From positions 57,673 to 121,672 of IMG/VR virus record IMGVR_UViG_3300034121_000940: a DNA stretch of 64,000 nucleotides, one strand, 5' to 3'. Position numbers and translations under genes: made by a program. Below are positions 50,173-62,600 of this stretch, piece after piece. The first letter of the stretch is position 1; the number at the start of each line of letters is the position of its first letter. The notes beneath the pieces were generated by a model. That model searched no databases and was not told the DNA's origin. It saw only the letters and a list, made by a program, of their open reading frames with translations. Origin of the DNA: a virus.

Positions 50173-53100
50173 TTACCTAATTCTTGTTGCACCTTTGGAT
50201 AAGTTTTTCAATGCAGCTTCAGGATCTCCAATACCACCTGTTAAACCTAACATATTAAAGATTCTTTTGTATGTCTTTAACTCACCTTTTTTCTGCCACC
50301 AGTAAGGACCTACATCTTTCTTGTATCTTACAGCTTCATCATTTAAAGTGATTAAATTTAAAACATCACCAAAGATTTCAATATAAGTCAACAAGGTGTT
50401 TCCAAATGCAGTAGTAGTTGATGTTAACATTTTAGCATAATCATCTGCACCAAAGTTCATACCTGCAATTGATGGTAATGGAATAAAAGCACCTGTTTCA
50501 GCTTGTGCACCTAATAACAGTAACAGAGCATGATTAGAAATATAACCATAAGTGTTAAATTCATCTGTAAATAGGGCCCCTGATTTAGCTTTTATTTTTT
50601 TCCATTTGTCTGGATCATCATCATCAAAACCAAATAACATTGATGCAAGTAATGCAGAAGCAACAACTATTAAACCTTCTGTTGCAGCTTTTTTCATTGC
50701 TCCTTTTTCATCATCTGTTAAAAACTGATAGTCTGTTCCTTTAGATTTAATTATTTTATATAAAGCTTGAAATGCTTCAACATAGAAACCTTTTGTAGTT
50801 CTACCCATAGCCCAATCATATCTTGCTCCACCAAAATTTTCTTTAGACATATCCATACCAAAACGGTTTGCAAACATTGGAGTAAACCATTTTCTCATGA
50901 AAAAGAACATGCGGTACATGATATACTTGTTACCTTCTGGTTGACCAAACTTATCATAAACCCCAAATAGTGCTCTTGATGTTCCTTGTAGTTTATTTTT
51001 AAACTGCTTGAAATATTCTGATTTAGCAATAACAATCTCCTGACCATTTTCAAGTTGTATCTCAGACTTAATACTGTTTTTAGCTTTAAGTTCTTCTAAA
51101 GTTACATTGTATTTCTTTGCAATATCTTCTAGCTTCTCACCTTTAGTATAGACATGAAATACAGATTCATAATTCCAACCAGGATGAATACCTTCTTTAA
51201 GTTTAAGTATCCCATTTTCATCTTTTTCCCAAGCATCAACATAATTTATTAAGCTTTTTGAACCATCAGAATAATTCTGATGAATTTTTTCTGCATGTAA
51301 AAATGAACCAAACAATCTCATTGCAACTTCCATTTCACCAAACTTACGGTGCATGTACATCCAGTCACCGTTTACTAAGTCTTTGTATAAAGATCTATAA
51401 ACAGGTTTACCATTTTCATCTGTTGCTTTAAAGTTAGGATCAAAAACTTGAACTAACTGTGTAGAAACTGCACCAGGACCTATTTCATAGATTCCTTTAG
51501 TACTCCATTCTAACATTGCTTTAGTTGTCCATGCTGCAGATAGTGCTAAATCTCTTCCAGATATAAATCTATTTCCTGAAGCTTCAATAATAGTTTGAAT
51601 ATAACCTGAAACCTGGTTTTTAATATCAGATGGAATGTTCAATGCTAATGCTGCTCTACTAGATCTACTTGTTAATGTGTTTAGCCATTTACTTAATACA
51701 GGATTGTTCTCTTCTATACCTACAACTTGTCTTCCGTGATACTCTCTTTCAATTAGTGATCTTACTTGACCTGCTCTATTATTAATAGAGTTAGATCTAG
51801 TTGGATGTTGTTGCTTCTTTCTTAAAGTATAGATACCTTTTGAAAATGCATCTAAGTTTTTAGGTTGATTAGCAGGATCTTCTAGAGTTTCTAATATAGA
51901 GTTTACTAATGGTAAACTTTTAATTAAATTACTTTGTGTTTGTACAGAAAGACCATATTTAAACAATGAATTAAATACATCAGCATCTACAGTATCTGCA
52001 TCCAAATTATAAATACCAGTTACAGGAATATATGAAATCTCATTTCCTTGTAAGTCTGTATTTACTAAGTTGTTTTCTGCATTATAGTTAAATTGATCTA
52101 AGTTATCTTGTACAGACTTACCAAAAGATTGCTTTAACCATTCTTTTACATTGTCTCTTACTTCTTTAAATCTTTCACCATACTCACCTTTTTGTAAAAC
52201 TTGGTAGTAATCTCCTCTTTCAATACCATATCTTGGTAAATCTAAATAAAGCTTACCGTAACTTGAAGCACCTTCTTGCAATTGTAAGTGGTATTCCTTC
52301 ATTGTTTCTAGTAACTTGTATTCAGGAGAATTAGGATCAGCTTTCATTTTTTTAAACTTCTCACTAATGAACTTACTATCCTTTGCACTGTTTTTAGAGC
52401 TTGGGTTAAAAGATCTTGGTAAGAAGTTACCCTTATTATCAACAACCTTACCTATATAGTCTTTTCTTGAAGCACCTCTTGGTATAGTTCTATATTCATT
52501 TTTAACTTCTCTTCTTGAGTGTCTAATGTTAGGAACACCTATAATAGAGATAACTTCACCTGTTAAGTTGTCTTTTATCTTTGTAGTGATAAAGTGTTTT
52601 GGATTGTTAGGTTTGCTGTAGGAATTAGCTGCGGTTCTCTGGTATTTTGTAACCAGTTTTTTATCTTCATAAACCTGCAATTTAACATGACTTAGTTCAA
52701 ACCATTCAAACAAATCAGCATCATATAAGTCACTTTCTGGATCTATCAATTCAGAAAACAACTGACCATTAATAAATTGATCTACTGTAACATCAGTAAA
52801 AGCAGGAATGTTATCATACTTTGACATGTGTCTTTCTAGTTCATCCATATAGTAATCTGTTGGATACTTACTAGAAATATCAGATAATTCACCTATTACT
52901 TCTGACAAAGTTTCAACTAATGTAACATCTACATCTTTCTTAGCAGATAGTAATCTATCTAGTTCTTCCGCTTCTTCAACAGTTAATTCTTCATCTTTTG
53001 ATTTGATGATTAATTCTTGTAATGTAGCAGAATCATCTTTTGATAAACCAGTGTATTTATCTAGTTTTTGTCTTACATCAATAATATTTTGTTGAATGTC

Positions 53101-56100
53101 TCTGATTTTTTTCAGTCTATCTACTCCTAGTTGTGTAGGATCTGGTTGACCAAAGTCATCTTTAAATGTATATAGTAAGTCTAATATTTTTTTATACTCA
53201 TCAGATACATTGTAATCTGTCTTCAATTGCTCATTAATCTGAGCTTGTATAGAATTTAATTTATCAAACAATCTAGTTCTCTCATCATAGTATTCCTGAG
53301 AATAAACAACTCTAACATTTTGTTTTTGCCAATCTCTAAGTAACTTAGCATATTCTTTACTATCTTTTTTGATATCTTTTGTAAGTAATTCAGACACAAA
53401 CTCATTATAAGCAGTATCTAATGAATTAGTAATTGGAACCCACTCATAAAACTTGTTTGTTTCTTGTCTGTGTTTAATTAATAATTCAGCAATAGACTTG
53501 TCATAAATACCTTTTGCAGGATCATCTACTTTTGGAGTACCATCTTCATTTTGTAAAGAATACAATCTTTGATAAGTTTTGAAAGCTTCTTGTAACTCAC
53601 TGTGTTTTTCAAATCTTTCATACTCTTTTTGCAAACTGTTTTGTAAGTTGACAAAGTTTTCTAAAGCAGATCTTCTTGCAGCATAAGCTAATGACCCTAT
53701 AGGAGACTCATTAAATATATCATCTTTTTCATAATACTCTAATGTATACTCTTGCCACATATAGTCTTTACTAAACTGTCTTAAATCATCAAGAGCTTTA
53801 GCAATTTTTACTTTGTCATCAGATTTTTTAGCTTCTTCATATTCATATTCTAATTTATCAAGCTCAAATCTCCATCCATTTCCAAATTCATTTGCAAAAG
53901 TGTAAACATCTTTAGCCTCATACTTACCTGTTTTTTTATTAAAGTAAAATATCTGGTCTTTTTCAGCAACCATGTCTCTAATCTGAGTAGAATTCATTTT
54001 GCTAAAGTTTACTTGTGGTAGTAACACCTCTAACTTAGATCTAAAATCCTGAGACATTCTCCAAACTTTAGTTTCTACTTCAGTCTTTTGGTTTTGAATA
54101 TACATTGCTAAAGGGCCCACAATAATATCATTGCTTGAACTGTAAGATTCTAACCATCTGTTAAACCAACTTACATCCTTTGCATGTCCTGTAAGAGCTT
54201 CTTTTATTTTATCTTCATTTACAACATAGTCATTGTATTTTTTGATAAACTCTTTAAGAATATTTTCTGGAACACCTTTTTCATAAAGTGCTTGTGCATC
54301 TTCTGGAGTAAACTTCTGGTCAACAACTTTTTGGTATAGTTCATCAACAGCTGCTTCTAAATCAGATTCAGAGTATGCTTTCTTTAAAGCAATACCTAAA
54401 TTAGATTTTAACTCTTTATTTACAAATTCATTCATATAACCTGTGATTTCCACAAAGAATTGAATGTTACCTTTTTTATAAATCTGAGCAATCTTAGAAT
54501 TAATTACAGTAGCATTATTAACAATACTAGTAATAAGTGAATAGAACTCACTGTTTTTATCAACATCAACCTGGTCTAACAGTTCATTAATTTCATTAAT
54601 TACATTTAACCAAGATTGTGAAGTGTTTTTATAAAGACCAAGTAAAGCAATAGTATTTCTATTATTGATTAACTCAGGTCTTTTATTTATATTATTTAGC
54701 TCTTTAATTATGTTGTTACTTGATGTATTAATCCTGTCAACACTATTAATTAAAGCCGCAGCCATTTGTTTTGTTTTTTCCAAGTCTTCTAAATCTTCAT
54801 CTAATAAAGCATTTAGGTTATTGATATTTTGATAACCTGCAAGAATTTCTTTTACACCCGGTAACAAGTTTGTTGTATTCTGCTTTTTCAAAGCTTTTTC
54901 CAACATATCTCTAGTTACTTTATCAGCTTTGAAGTCTTTGATTTGATTAACAATCTGTAAGTTACTTGCATAAACTTCATTTACTATTTCTTGTAAAACA
55001 TTACCTTTAGTACTAAGTGCAAGTTTATCTGCTTCTGTAAAGATGTCTCTAACATACATTACTAAATCATCCTGAGTAATGTTAACTTCTCCAAAATCAA
55101 ACATAGTGTCATCAAGTAGCATCTCAGCTAATTCATCAAGTGATGTTGATTCATTTAGGTTCTTTAAGTTTACACCAGTCCCGAATACATCACGTAATAA
55201 CTGTTTTAATGAAGCTAATAACTTGGTTATAAAAGATTGGAACCCTTCTGTCTCAATTTTTTGTTCAAGTTTATTTATTGATTTAAACTGTAAAGCAAAT
55301 GCTAATGCTTCTTCTTTAAATAAATCAGAGTTAATATCTAGTTCTGGATATGCTTTTGTTACATATGAAATGATACCTAAACCTTCTTCAGTGTTTGCTA
55401 GTTGGTCAAATAAATTATTAAATAACTTAGGATTTGTCTTTCTTATACCTTGAAGTAATGGGTGAGAAAACTCATGTAAAAGAATTCCTGGTTTTACATT
55501 ATCTCCAACAATGAATACAGCTCCATTGTAGAAAAATGCAGGTTCACCTCTATATGGTACAGGATTGTTTTTAAGCATTTCTGTAGCTTGCTCTGGTGTT
55601 AAATTATGATAATTTACACCAAGCTTAATAGCTAATTTAGATGCTATAGCTTCAGCAACTGCTTTTGATGCTTGTTGATTTACTGTATTTAAATCAATTG
55701 GTATAAATGGAATGTTATCATCTGTTCTTATAAACATAGGTTTTTGAGAACTATCTTTTTCTGAAGCTGCCTTTAAACTTATAATATTAATTAAATCATC
55801 TATAGAAATTTTTATAGTTTTTAGCCTATCTGTACTGTCTGAAAAACTTACAGAAGAAAATTCTTGTTTTAAAAATTGACTATATTCAGCTTTAAAAGCA
55901 TCATAAAAGTTATTAGGAAAATGTATATATTTAATCTCATTATTTTTTAAAGCTTTTAAAGTACCTAAGGCAATAGTATATCTATTATCTACAATAACTT
56001 TAGCTTTTGGTTGTTTACTTACATCAGTTTTTAAAAAATCTTCCCATAAAAAAAACCCTTTTGGATTAGGGTTATAAATAGAATCTGATTCTAAATCTCT

Positions 56101-56676
56101 TCTATAAAAATCTAAAACAGCAGTAATTAAACCAAATATATTCCTTCCTTTATTGTCTACTGCAATAGAAAACTTATCATTACTTTTTTTATTAACATAT
56201 AAGTTAACATTTTCTAACTCTACTTTTTCAAAAGGTGTTCCATCTAGTCTAAATATTTTTTCTTGTAATTTTTCTGTAATATTAGATTCTAATGTTTTTT
56301 CTAAGTTGTTAATGTTTTCTAGTGTATTAGGTACAACAGCATTATCAGCTATTGCTTGTCTTTCATCATATCTAACTTTCAGTTCTTGAAGTTTTTCAAA
56401 CAAAGACTCATTAGGTTCTGCTCTATTGATAGTAACAATACTATCTCTTCTGTATGTAGAAGTTCTTTGATCTTTTAGTTTTATCTCAGTATCACTAAAA
56501 AGCATTTGACCATTTGTTTCTAAGCCATACTTGTCTACAGCAAGTTTAGTGAGACTCTCATTGAGCTCACTAAACTTTGCTGTATCAATTATTGTTCTTA
56601 TATCATTTGTTGCTTTCTCTTTTTCTAAATACTTGATAGAATTTACTTTAACTTCACAAACCATTTTTATACACAA
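50173..56676 (-). CDS. giant virion (ejection/cargo) protein with a zincin HExxH and a LysM domain
   Basis: 2167 aa, next to the vRNAP; LLHEFSH...EEA; HVYTKGEKLEDIAKKYNVTLEELKAKN...LENGQEIVI; TM-like helix near the C-terminus. Confidence 0.75.
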   Translation of the reverse strand: MCIKMVCEVKVNSIKYLEKEKATNDIRTIIDTAKFSELNESLTKLAVDKYGLETNGQMLFSDTEIKLKDQRTSTYRRDSIVTINRAEPNESLFEKLQELKVRYDERQAIADNAVVPNTLENINNLEKTLESNITEKLQEKIFRLDGTPFEKVELENVNLYVNKKSNDKFSIAVDNKGRNIFGLITAVLDFYRRDLESDSIYNPNPKGFFLWEDFLKTDVSKQPKAKVIVDNRYTIALGTLKALKNNEIKYIHFPNNFYDAFKAEYSQFLKQEFSSVSFSDSTDRLKTIKISIDDLINIISLKAASEKDSSQKPMFIRTDDNIPFIPIDLNTVNQQASKAVAEAIASKLAIKLGVNYHNLTPEQATEMLKNNPVPYRGEPAFFYNGAVFIVGDNVKPGILLHEFSHPLLQGIRKTNPKLFNNLFDQLANTEEGLGIISYVTKAYPELDINSDLFKEEALAFALQFKSINKLEQKIETEGFQSFITKLLASLKQLLRDVFGTGVNLKNLNESTSLDELAEMLLDDTMFDFGEVNITQDDLVMYVRDIFTEADKLALSTKGNVLQEIVNEVYASNLQIVNQIKDFKADKVTRDMLEKALKKQNTTNLLPGVKEILAGYQNINNLNALLDEDLEDLEKTKQMAAALINSVDRINTSSNNIIKELNNINKRPELINNRNTIALLGLYKNTSQSWLNVINEINELLDQVDVDKNSEFYSLITSIVNNATVINSKIAQIYKKGNIQFFVEITGYMNEFVNKELKSNLGIALKKAYSESDLEAAVDELYQKVVDQKFTPEDAQALYEKGVPENILKEFIKKYNDYVVNEDKIKEALTGHAKDVSWFNRWLESYSSSNDIIVGPLAMYIQNQKTEVETKVWRMSQDFRSKLEVLLPQVNFSKMNSTQIRDMVAEKDQIFYFNKKTGKYEAKDVYTFANEFGNGWRFELDKLEYEYEEAKKSDDKVKIAKALDDLRQFSKDYMWQEYTLEYYEKDDIFNESPIGSLAYAARRSALENFVNLQNSLQKEYERFEKHSELQEAFKTYQRLYSLQNEDGTPKVDDPAKGIYDKSIAELLIKHRQETNKFYEWVPITNSLDTAYNEFVSELLTKDIKKDSKEYAKLLRDWQKQNVRVVYSQEYYDERTRLFDKLNSIQAQINEQLKTDYNVSDEYKKILDLLYTFKDDFGQPDPTQLGVDRLKKIRDIQQNIIDVRQKLDKYTGLSKDDSATLQELIIKSKDEELTVEEAEELDRLLSAKKDVDVTLVETLSEVIGELSDISSKYPTDYYMDELERHMSKYDNIPAFTDVTVDQFINGQLFSELIDPESDLYDADLFEWFELSHVKLQVYEDKKLVTKYQRTAANSYSKPNNPKHFITTKIKDNLTGEVISIIGVPNIRHSRREVKNEYRTIPRGASRKDYIGKVVDNKGNFLPRSFNPSSKNSAKDSKFISEKFKKMKADPNSPEYKLLETMKEYHLQLQEGASSYGKLYLDLPRYGIERGDYYQVLQKGEYGERFKEVRDNVKEWLKQSFGKSVQDNLDQFNYNAENNLVNTDLQGNEISYIPVTGIYNLDADTVDADVFNSLFKYGLSVQTQSNLIKSLPLVNSILETLEDPANQPKNLDAFSKGIYTLRKKQQHPTRSNSINNRAGQVRSLIEREYHGRQVVGIEENNPVLSKWLNTLTSRSSRAALALNIPSDIKNQVSGYIQTIIEASGNRFISGRDLALSAAWTTKAMLEWSTKGIYEIGPGAVSTQLVQVFDPNFKATDENGKPVYRSLYKDLVNGDWMYMHRKFGEMEVAMRLFGSFLHAEKIHQNYSDGSKSLINYVDAWEKDENGILKLKEGIHPGWNYESVFHVYTKGEKLEDIAKKYNVTLEELKAKNSIKSEIQLENGQEIVIAKSEYFKQFKNKLQGTSRALFGVYDKFGQPEGNKYIMYRMFFFMRKWFTPMFANRFGMDMSKENFGGARYDWAMGRTTKGFYVEAFQALYKIIKSKGTDYQFLTDDEKGAMKKAATEGLIVVASALLASMLFGFDDDDPDKWKKIKAKSGALFTDEFNTYGYISNHALLLLLGAQAETGAFIPLPSIAGMNFGADDYAKMLTSTTTAFGNTLLTYIEIFGDVLNLITLNDEAVRYKKDVGPYWWQKKGELKTYKRIFNMLGLTGGIGDPEAALKNLSKGATRIR

Positions 56677-59600
56677 TTAAAAGGATCAGATTCAAAACCT
56701 AGTGATGCAAGAATTTCATCATCTGAGATACCTTGTTTATTATTTAATATTTCTGTTATGTCTTTATACATTGTAGAACCTGGGTTTAAATACCCTAGTT
56801 CTTCAAACAGTCTCTTACTTAAATATACAAATAATTCTTGAGGCATTTTGTTTACATTACCTATTCCTTCTATAGGAAAAGCAATTTTGCTCCCTGAATC
56901 CTTAGCATCTTTAAGCTCCTGAATTTTTCTATCAAAATAGTTTTTCACACTTTGATATTTATCAGCTGCTAAGTTACTAAAGTTATCACTTCTATCTGCA
57001 GCATCATTACCAAAACTTGTAATAAAAGGTAGTGCAGTGTCAGGTGAAACAAATCTTAAAAATGATTGACTTCCTATAGTAACATTTTTATCTAACTCAT
57101 GTTTGCTTGCATTGTATACAAAACCTACTGTAGAGTTAGAACTAGTTAATTGTCTATAATAATCTGCAGTTTTAGTTTTAGCATCATCAAAAATAAATAT
57201 GTTAGGATCTGATGTTGTAGTAAGATTATTAGTTTGTTCTTCTACAGCTTCAGTAGCTGGTTGAGCAACACCACCAGTACCTACTTTACTAAAATTAATG
57301 TCAGTAAAATAGTTTTTAAATCTAGATTTTTCTTTGTTACTGAAACTATTTTGAGCATTAAACTTATTATAAAAATCTTCTAATAGTCTAGATGCTTTAC
57401 CTGGATCAGCCAAAAGTTTAGTAAAGTCATCAACAGCAGTATCCATAATATTTAAGAATGGTTCTGTGCTTACATAAGGAACTAAGTTAGCTTTAGTCTT
57501 ATTAATACCAGATTGCATATATGCAAATAAAGGTAGTCTAGAAAATAAATCTGATATATAATCAATATCTTGATCACTTAGATTTAAATCTTTTGCTAAT
57601 GTTTTTAATACAACTGGGTCAGCTAAATCAGTTAAGTTTTTAGTGTAAATGTTAGCTTTAATGTTATCAATGTCTCTGTCAACTAACTCAAGATTAAACA
57701 TTGTGTCACTTGTGTTATTGTCAACTTGAAGTTTAGATAGTATATCAAACTTGTTTACAAGTTTAGGATTGCTTGTAATAACATTATAGATTCTTAAAGC
57801 AAAAGCATTTTGAGGATCTCTAAACATGTGATTTACATTCAAAGTATTATCCAAAGCTCTGTTTGCTAAGAATTCTTCATACTCTGCTTTCTCCATTCCA
57901 GTTTCAGCAATTGGATATACAGATCTTAAATATTCTCTTTCTATTACAAATCTTGCATAAGTTTCTGCATTGTTACCTTTAGCAATTGTAAATGTATTAT
58001 CAGGAACTGGATGTAAACCTAATTGAGAATAATTGTTTGGCTCATCAGCTTTATTACTCCATTCTTTAGAGTTATATTTCTCTAATAAATTTTTAAGGTT
58101 GTAATATAATGTTTTGCTACCATCTGTATTTGTTTTTACAAAAGCACCAAACTTATCAGAAAGCATTTCTTTAGTTGGAACTTCTTTTGCATCATAAGAC
58201 ATGTAACCTTTTTTGATATCTGTTTTACCTAATGCATTTTGAAAAATATAACTTACTAAGTCATTTCTAAATGTATTTAGATAGTTATCTCTACCATCTT
58301 CACCAAATGTAGTTTTAATATTTTCCACTAAGTTATTCTCATCATCTTTTTGCTTTAGGAAAGCACGGATTGCTGGGTTATACCTTAACTTAAATAATGG
58401 AGCAGCTAATGATAGTGCAAGTTTATTGTTAAAGAAAGAACTAATAATAGAGTCTTTCATCAAAGATGAAATAATTGGTTGTAATTCAGGATTGTTTTCT
58501 AAATTTTCTAGTCTTCCTTCAGATGTTTCAATGTCAGATAATACAGACTTAGTATTTGTATCTGGATTTGCATTCATTTTAATCTGAGTAATACCTTTAA
58601 TTTGGTCTTCAATATCTAAGTAATGTAAGAACATAGTTAAAGATAGATCAGAAGATTTAGCACTGCGTACATTTTTAGACTCCTTAATTAAATCTAACAT
58701 TTCTTTTTCAGTAAACTGTTTGCTTTTTCTATCTTTCATATAGTTATCAAACATCTCACGTCCAACTTCAAATCTAGTAGTACCTTTACTTTTAGATGGT
58801 AAAACTGAAGGATTAAAGTATTTGTCAATAATGTTAGAAGCTGCTTGGTATTTAACAAATGATTTTTGATCAGGAGCTTTACCTAATACTTCAGCAAAAG
58901 TAGATTTAGCAAGACGTTGTTCAGTTACATACTCTCTTACTAATGGTTGAGATACAAAATAAATAGCTTCTTTAACTGGTACACCAGCTTTTACTAAATA
59001 TAACAATATAGGTGCAACTTCATAGTTACCTTGGATAAAGAAAATCCATGCATCTTTCTCAACATCCACCCAACCGTTCATAGCTTGGGAGAATACATCT
59101 GCTATTTTATTTGTGTTATCAACATCATATAAGTTAGATAAAGAAATTCTCTCTTTACCATTAACTGTTCTTACATTATGTCTTAAACCTAGAGTAGTAC
59201 TTCTTGATTGACCTTTGTAGTTAGTGTATGTCTCCGGCATTAGGGCCCCAATTGAGTTTAATAATACATTCATTGTATTCTCTACAGCACCTAATCCTAA
59301 TGTTTTCTTACCAACAATATTAGATTCATGTTTATATAAGTTATAAAGTGGTTCTAATACTCTTGTTGCACTGATAATTTTTTTACCTTCTTCAGGTTCT
59401 ATTGTTGTATCAGTCATGTAATTCTTAAATGGATCAAACTCCATTACATCTCTAGCTAAGTCTTCAGCAATACCTTTAAGTAGGAAAGTACCATTTGGTG
59501 TAATAAGTGATACAAAGTTTTGTGGAAGCTCAAGTATTTCTTTGATGTCATTCATCAAATCATTTTCAACACCAGCTTTTTGTTGTTTAAAAACTTTTGT

Positions 59601-62600
59601 TATTGATTCTTCTTTGTTCTCTTTGATGTTCTGTGAAGAAGCTTTCAACTCCTCCGTGTTTTTATAGATTCTTTCTTTAAGCTTACCATCCATGTCTATA
59701 TTAGTCATGAAGATTGTAAGTTTATCAATATCAAAGTCACCCCCTGACTTAGCAACTATCTCAGCTGGAGGTATGATTATGTTACCTGCTTGTGCTGGCA
59801 AGAATTCATACACTTCCATAAACTCCATAGAGTTTAGACCTTGAACCGGAATCCTAACCCCTACAAGAGTTATTGCTTTTCTGTTAACACCATTATTTGC
59901 ATCTAACCATTCATCATCTTTGATAGCTCTGTTTAATGTCTTGATATCACCAATGATTTGTCCATTATATTCAAGATTTAACAAGTTAGCATAGTCCCCC
60001 TGCAATGCAATCATAACCTTCATTGCTCTAGTTTTACCATCAGCCCCTTGATGATATGTAGGAAGTAGATTACTACCAACCCATTTTTTCTTATCTGCAT
60101 CAGTAGCATTTCTGAACTTAGGAGATTCTGTAAGGTTATTTTCATAAAAAGCAGAAGATACTTGTACAAGTGGTTCTCCTTTTACTTTTTGTTTGATAAC
60201 TCTCTTATTAATTAGAGATAATAAAAGTTTCTCAATTTTTAATGCTTCTGGATGTAAAGACAAATCATGTAACAATTCACCACTATCAAGAGCATCAATA
60301 AAATTTATCATATCATCACTGTAAGATTCTTCTCTTTCTAAGTTATTTCTAACAAGTGATAATAGTTTTCCAATACTTTCTTTGTCTCTTGGTTTATAAC
60401 CACCATCCGGAGTTTCATCAAAACCAATCTCTTCTAATAATTCTAATTTAACTAACTCAGTATAATCAGATACATTATCAAGATATCTTTTTACCAATGG
60501 AGACACTACATCTTCTTCATTAGGAGAATTGATTACACCATTTTCATATAAGTTATCAAGAATTAATTTTCTCATCTGAGTAGAGAAAATAGATTTACCT
60601 TTAAACTCAGAGTTAACTTCTGTCTGATTCTTTAAATATTCTGTAAAGATTACATTTTTTGTAAATGGTACATTTTTTATAATGTTACCATTATCATCAA
60701 TTATAGCATCTCCATTACCTAAATGACCAACTTTAGAACCTGATTCAAAAACCACATAGTCCATACCTTCAGCTATCATTTTTTCATTCAAATCATACAG
60801 TGGTGTGCCCTTTTTAGCTACACCTGGAATGATTGGAGCAAGTGAGAATTTATGGAAAGATACAAGCGGTAAACCTGTAGTTTCCATAGCACCACAATAT
60901 TGTAATTTATATGGAGGAAAGTAATGAACAATATCTGCTACAGATACTTCTTCACCATTAGCTAATTTTTTATACAACTCTTCTTGTTCTGGTAACCAGT
61001 TACCTTCAAGTTCTTTTAAAATTCTATATGTTTCAAAACTGATGTGACCTTGACCATCACCAATCTTCATACCTTTATATTCTTTTAAAGCAGTTTTTGC
61101 TAATTCTTCTGCCTTAGCTTTATCACCTAATCTTTTTGTGTAATCTTTTACGAGAGCATCATAGTACTCATCATAATATAAAGATTCTTTTATTTTTCTT
61201 TCTTTAATAATACCTGTAGTTAGAGTACCGTCAAATGGCTTTTTGGTAGGATCAAATAACTTAGTCATTTTGTTTACAAAGCTTCTTGATTTTAAATCAG
61301 AAGCAAAACCTAAACCACCAGAACCAAAACCTGCATTACGCTTATGGAACTCTTCTTTAGCATGGTTGTATTGTGCTAAATCTCCATAACCAAGAATAGC
61401 AGTCTCAAACTTATGTATCCAAGAATTATAAGCATATGCTTTTAATAATGTTGTGTCAGACTCATCTACAGTAAGCTCTACACCTTTACTCTCTACACGG
61501 TTTCTTAATGCTGGGTCAATAAATTTAGCTTTATCAAGTTCAGTTTTTAAGTCTTTTGTTAATAGATTAAAGTATGTAGCTATATCTTTTCTTATCTCTG
61601 CTGTAAGAGCAGGATTGTCTTCATATACATCTTCAAAATTAAAACTAGTATTTTTGGTGTTAGATGCTTGGTCTACAATTTTGTAGATTTTTTCTTGAGT
61701 AGGTTTAGATAATACATCTTCAAATGCAGTAAGTGCTTGACCAGACATAACAACTTCACCTGTTTTTCTTTCTACATCTCTTGTATAACCTGTAAATTGA
61801 CTATACTTATCTAAGTCAGAGTTAAATCTAAAGATTCTATTTACTTCACCCGCTAAGTATCCAGATAAAATATCAAATGCATAGTCTTCACCAGAATTAG
61901 TAGTAGGTAAAAATTTCTCTAAATCAATATATAAGTTCTTTGCAGATTTATTACCGTAAGTATTAAGACCATTTTTTAACACAATACCTTGTGACATTTG
62001 CTTAGAAGCATGTCTCATGAACTCTTCTACACCATTCATCAACATAGTATGTATCTCTTGTAAATATTTACTTGTAGCATCCATTGATGCTGTAGAAATA
62101 CCTGTTGACTTATTAGTGTTTTTATCTATTAACTGTGTTCCTGCTACATTCTGAATAACCAATTTGTTATCTTTTTTACCACCAGGATTATTTACATCTA
62201 ATAGACTATTAAACAATGATTTCAAAAGTATTGAATGTGGAGTATAGGTATTATTGTCATATGCTAAATATCTCATATGTCTGAATATACCATTAGGGTC
62301 CGCATCAGGGTTTGTTAATTGTTGCCATGACTTAGCATGGTTTAATGAAGTCATTATTCTTGTAAAAGTATTATCCAAGAAATGTTCCCATACTCTATTT
62401 CCTTCAGGGCTTATTGCACTAAAGTTAGAATACTTATCAGAAAATCTTACTTGGATATTAGCAAGCTCTTTAATTCTTGAAGAAGAATCAAAAGCTTTAC
62501 CTGGATCTAATGAACTTGGTAATGCAGACTTTAAATACTCAAGTGGATCTTTAACAAACTTAGCTTTCTCTGAAGAGTTTGTATTATTAATATGCTCAAG

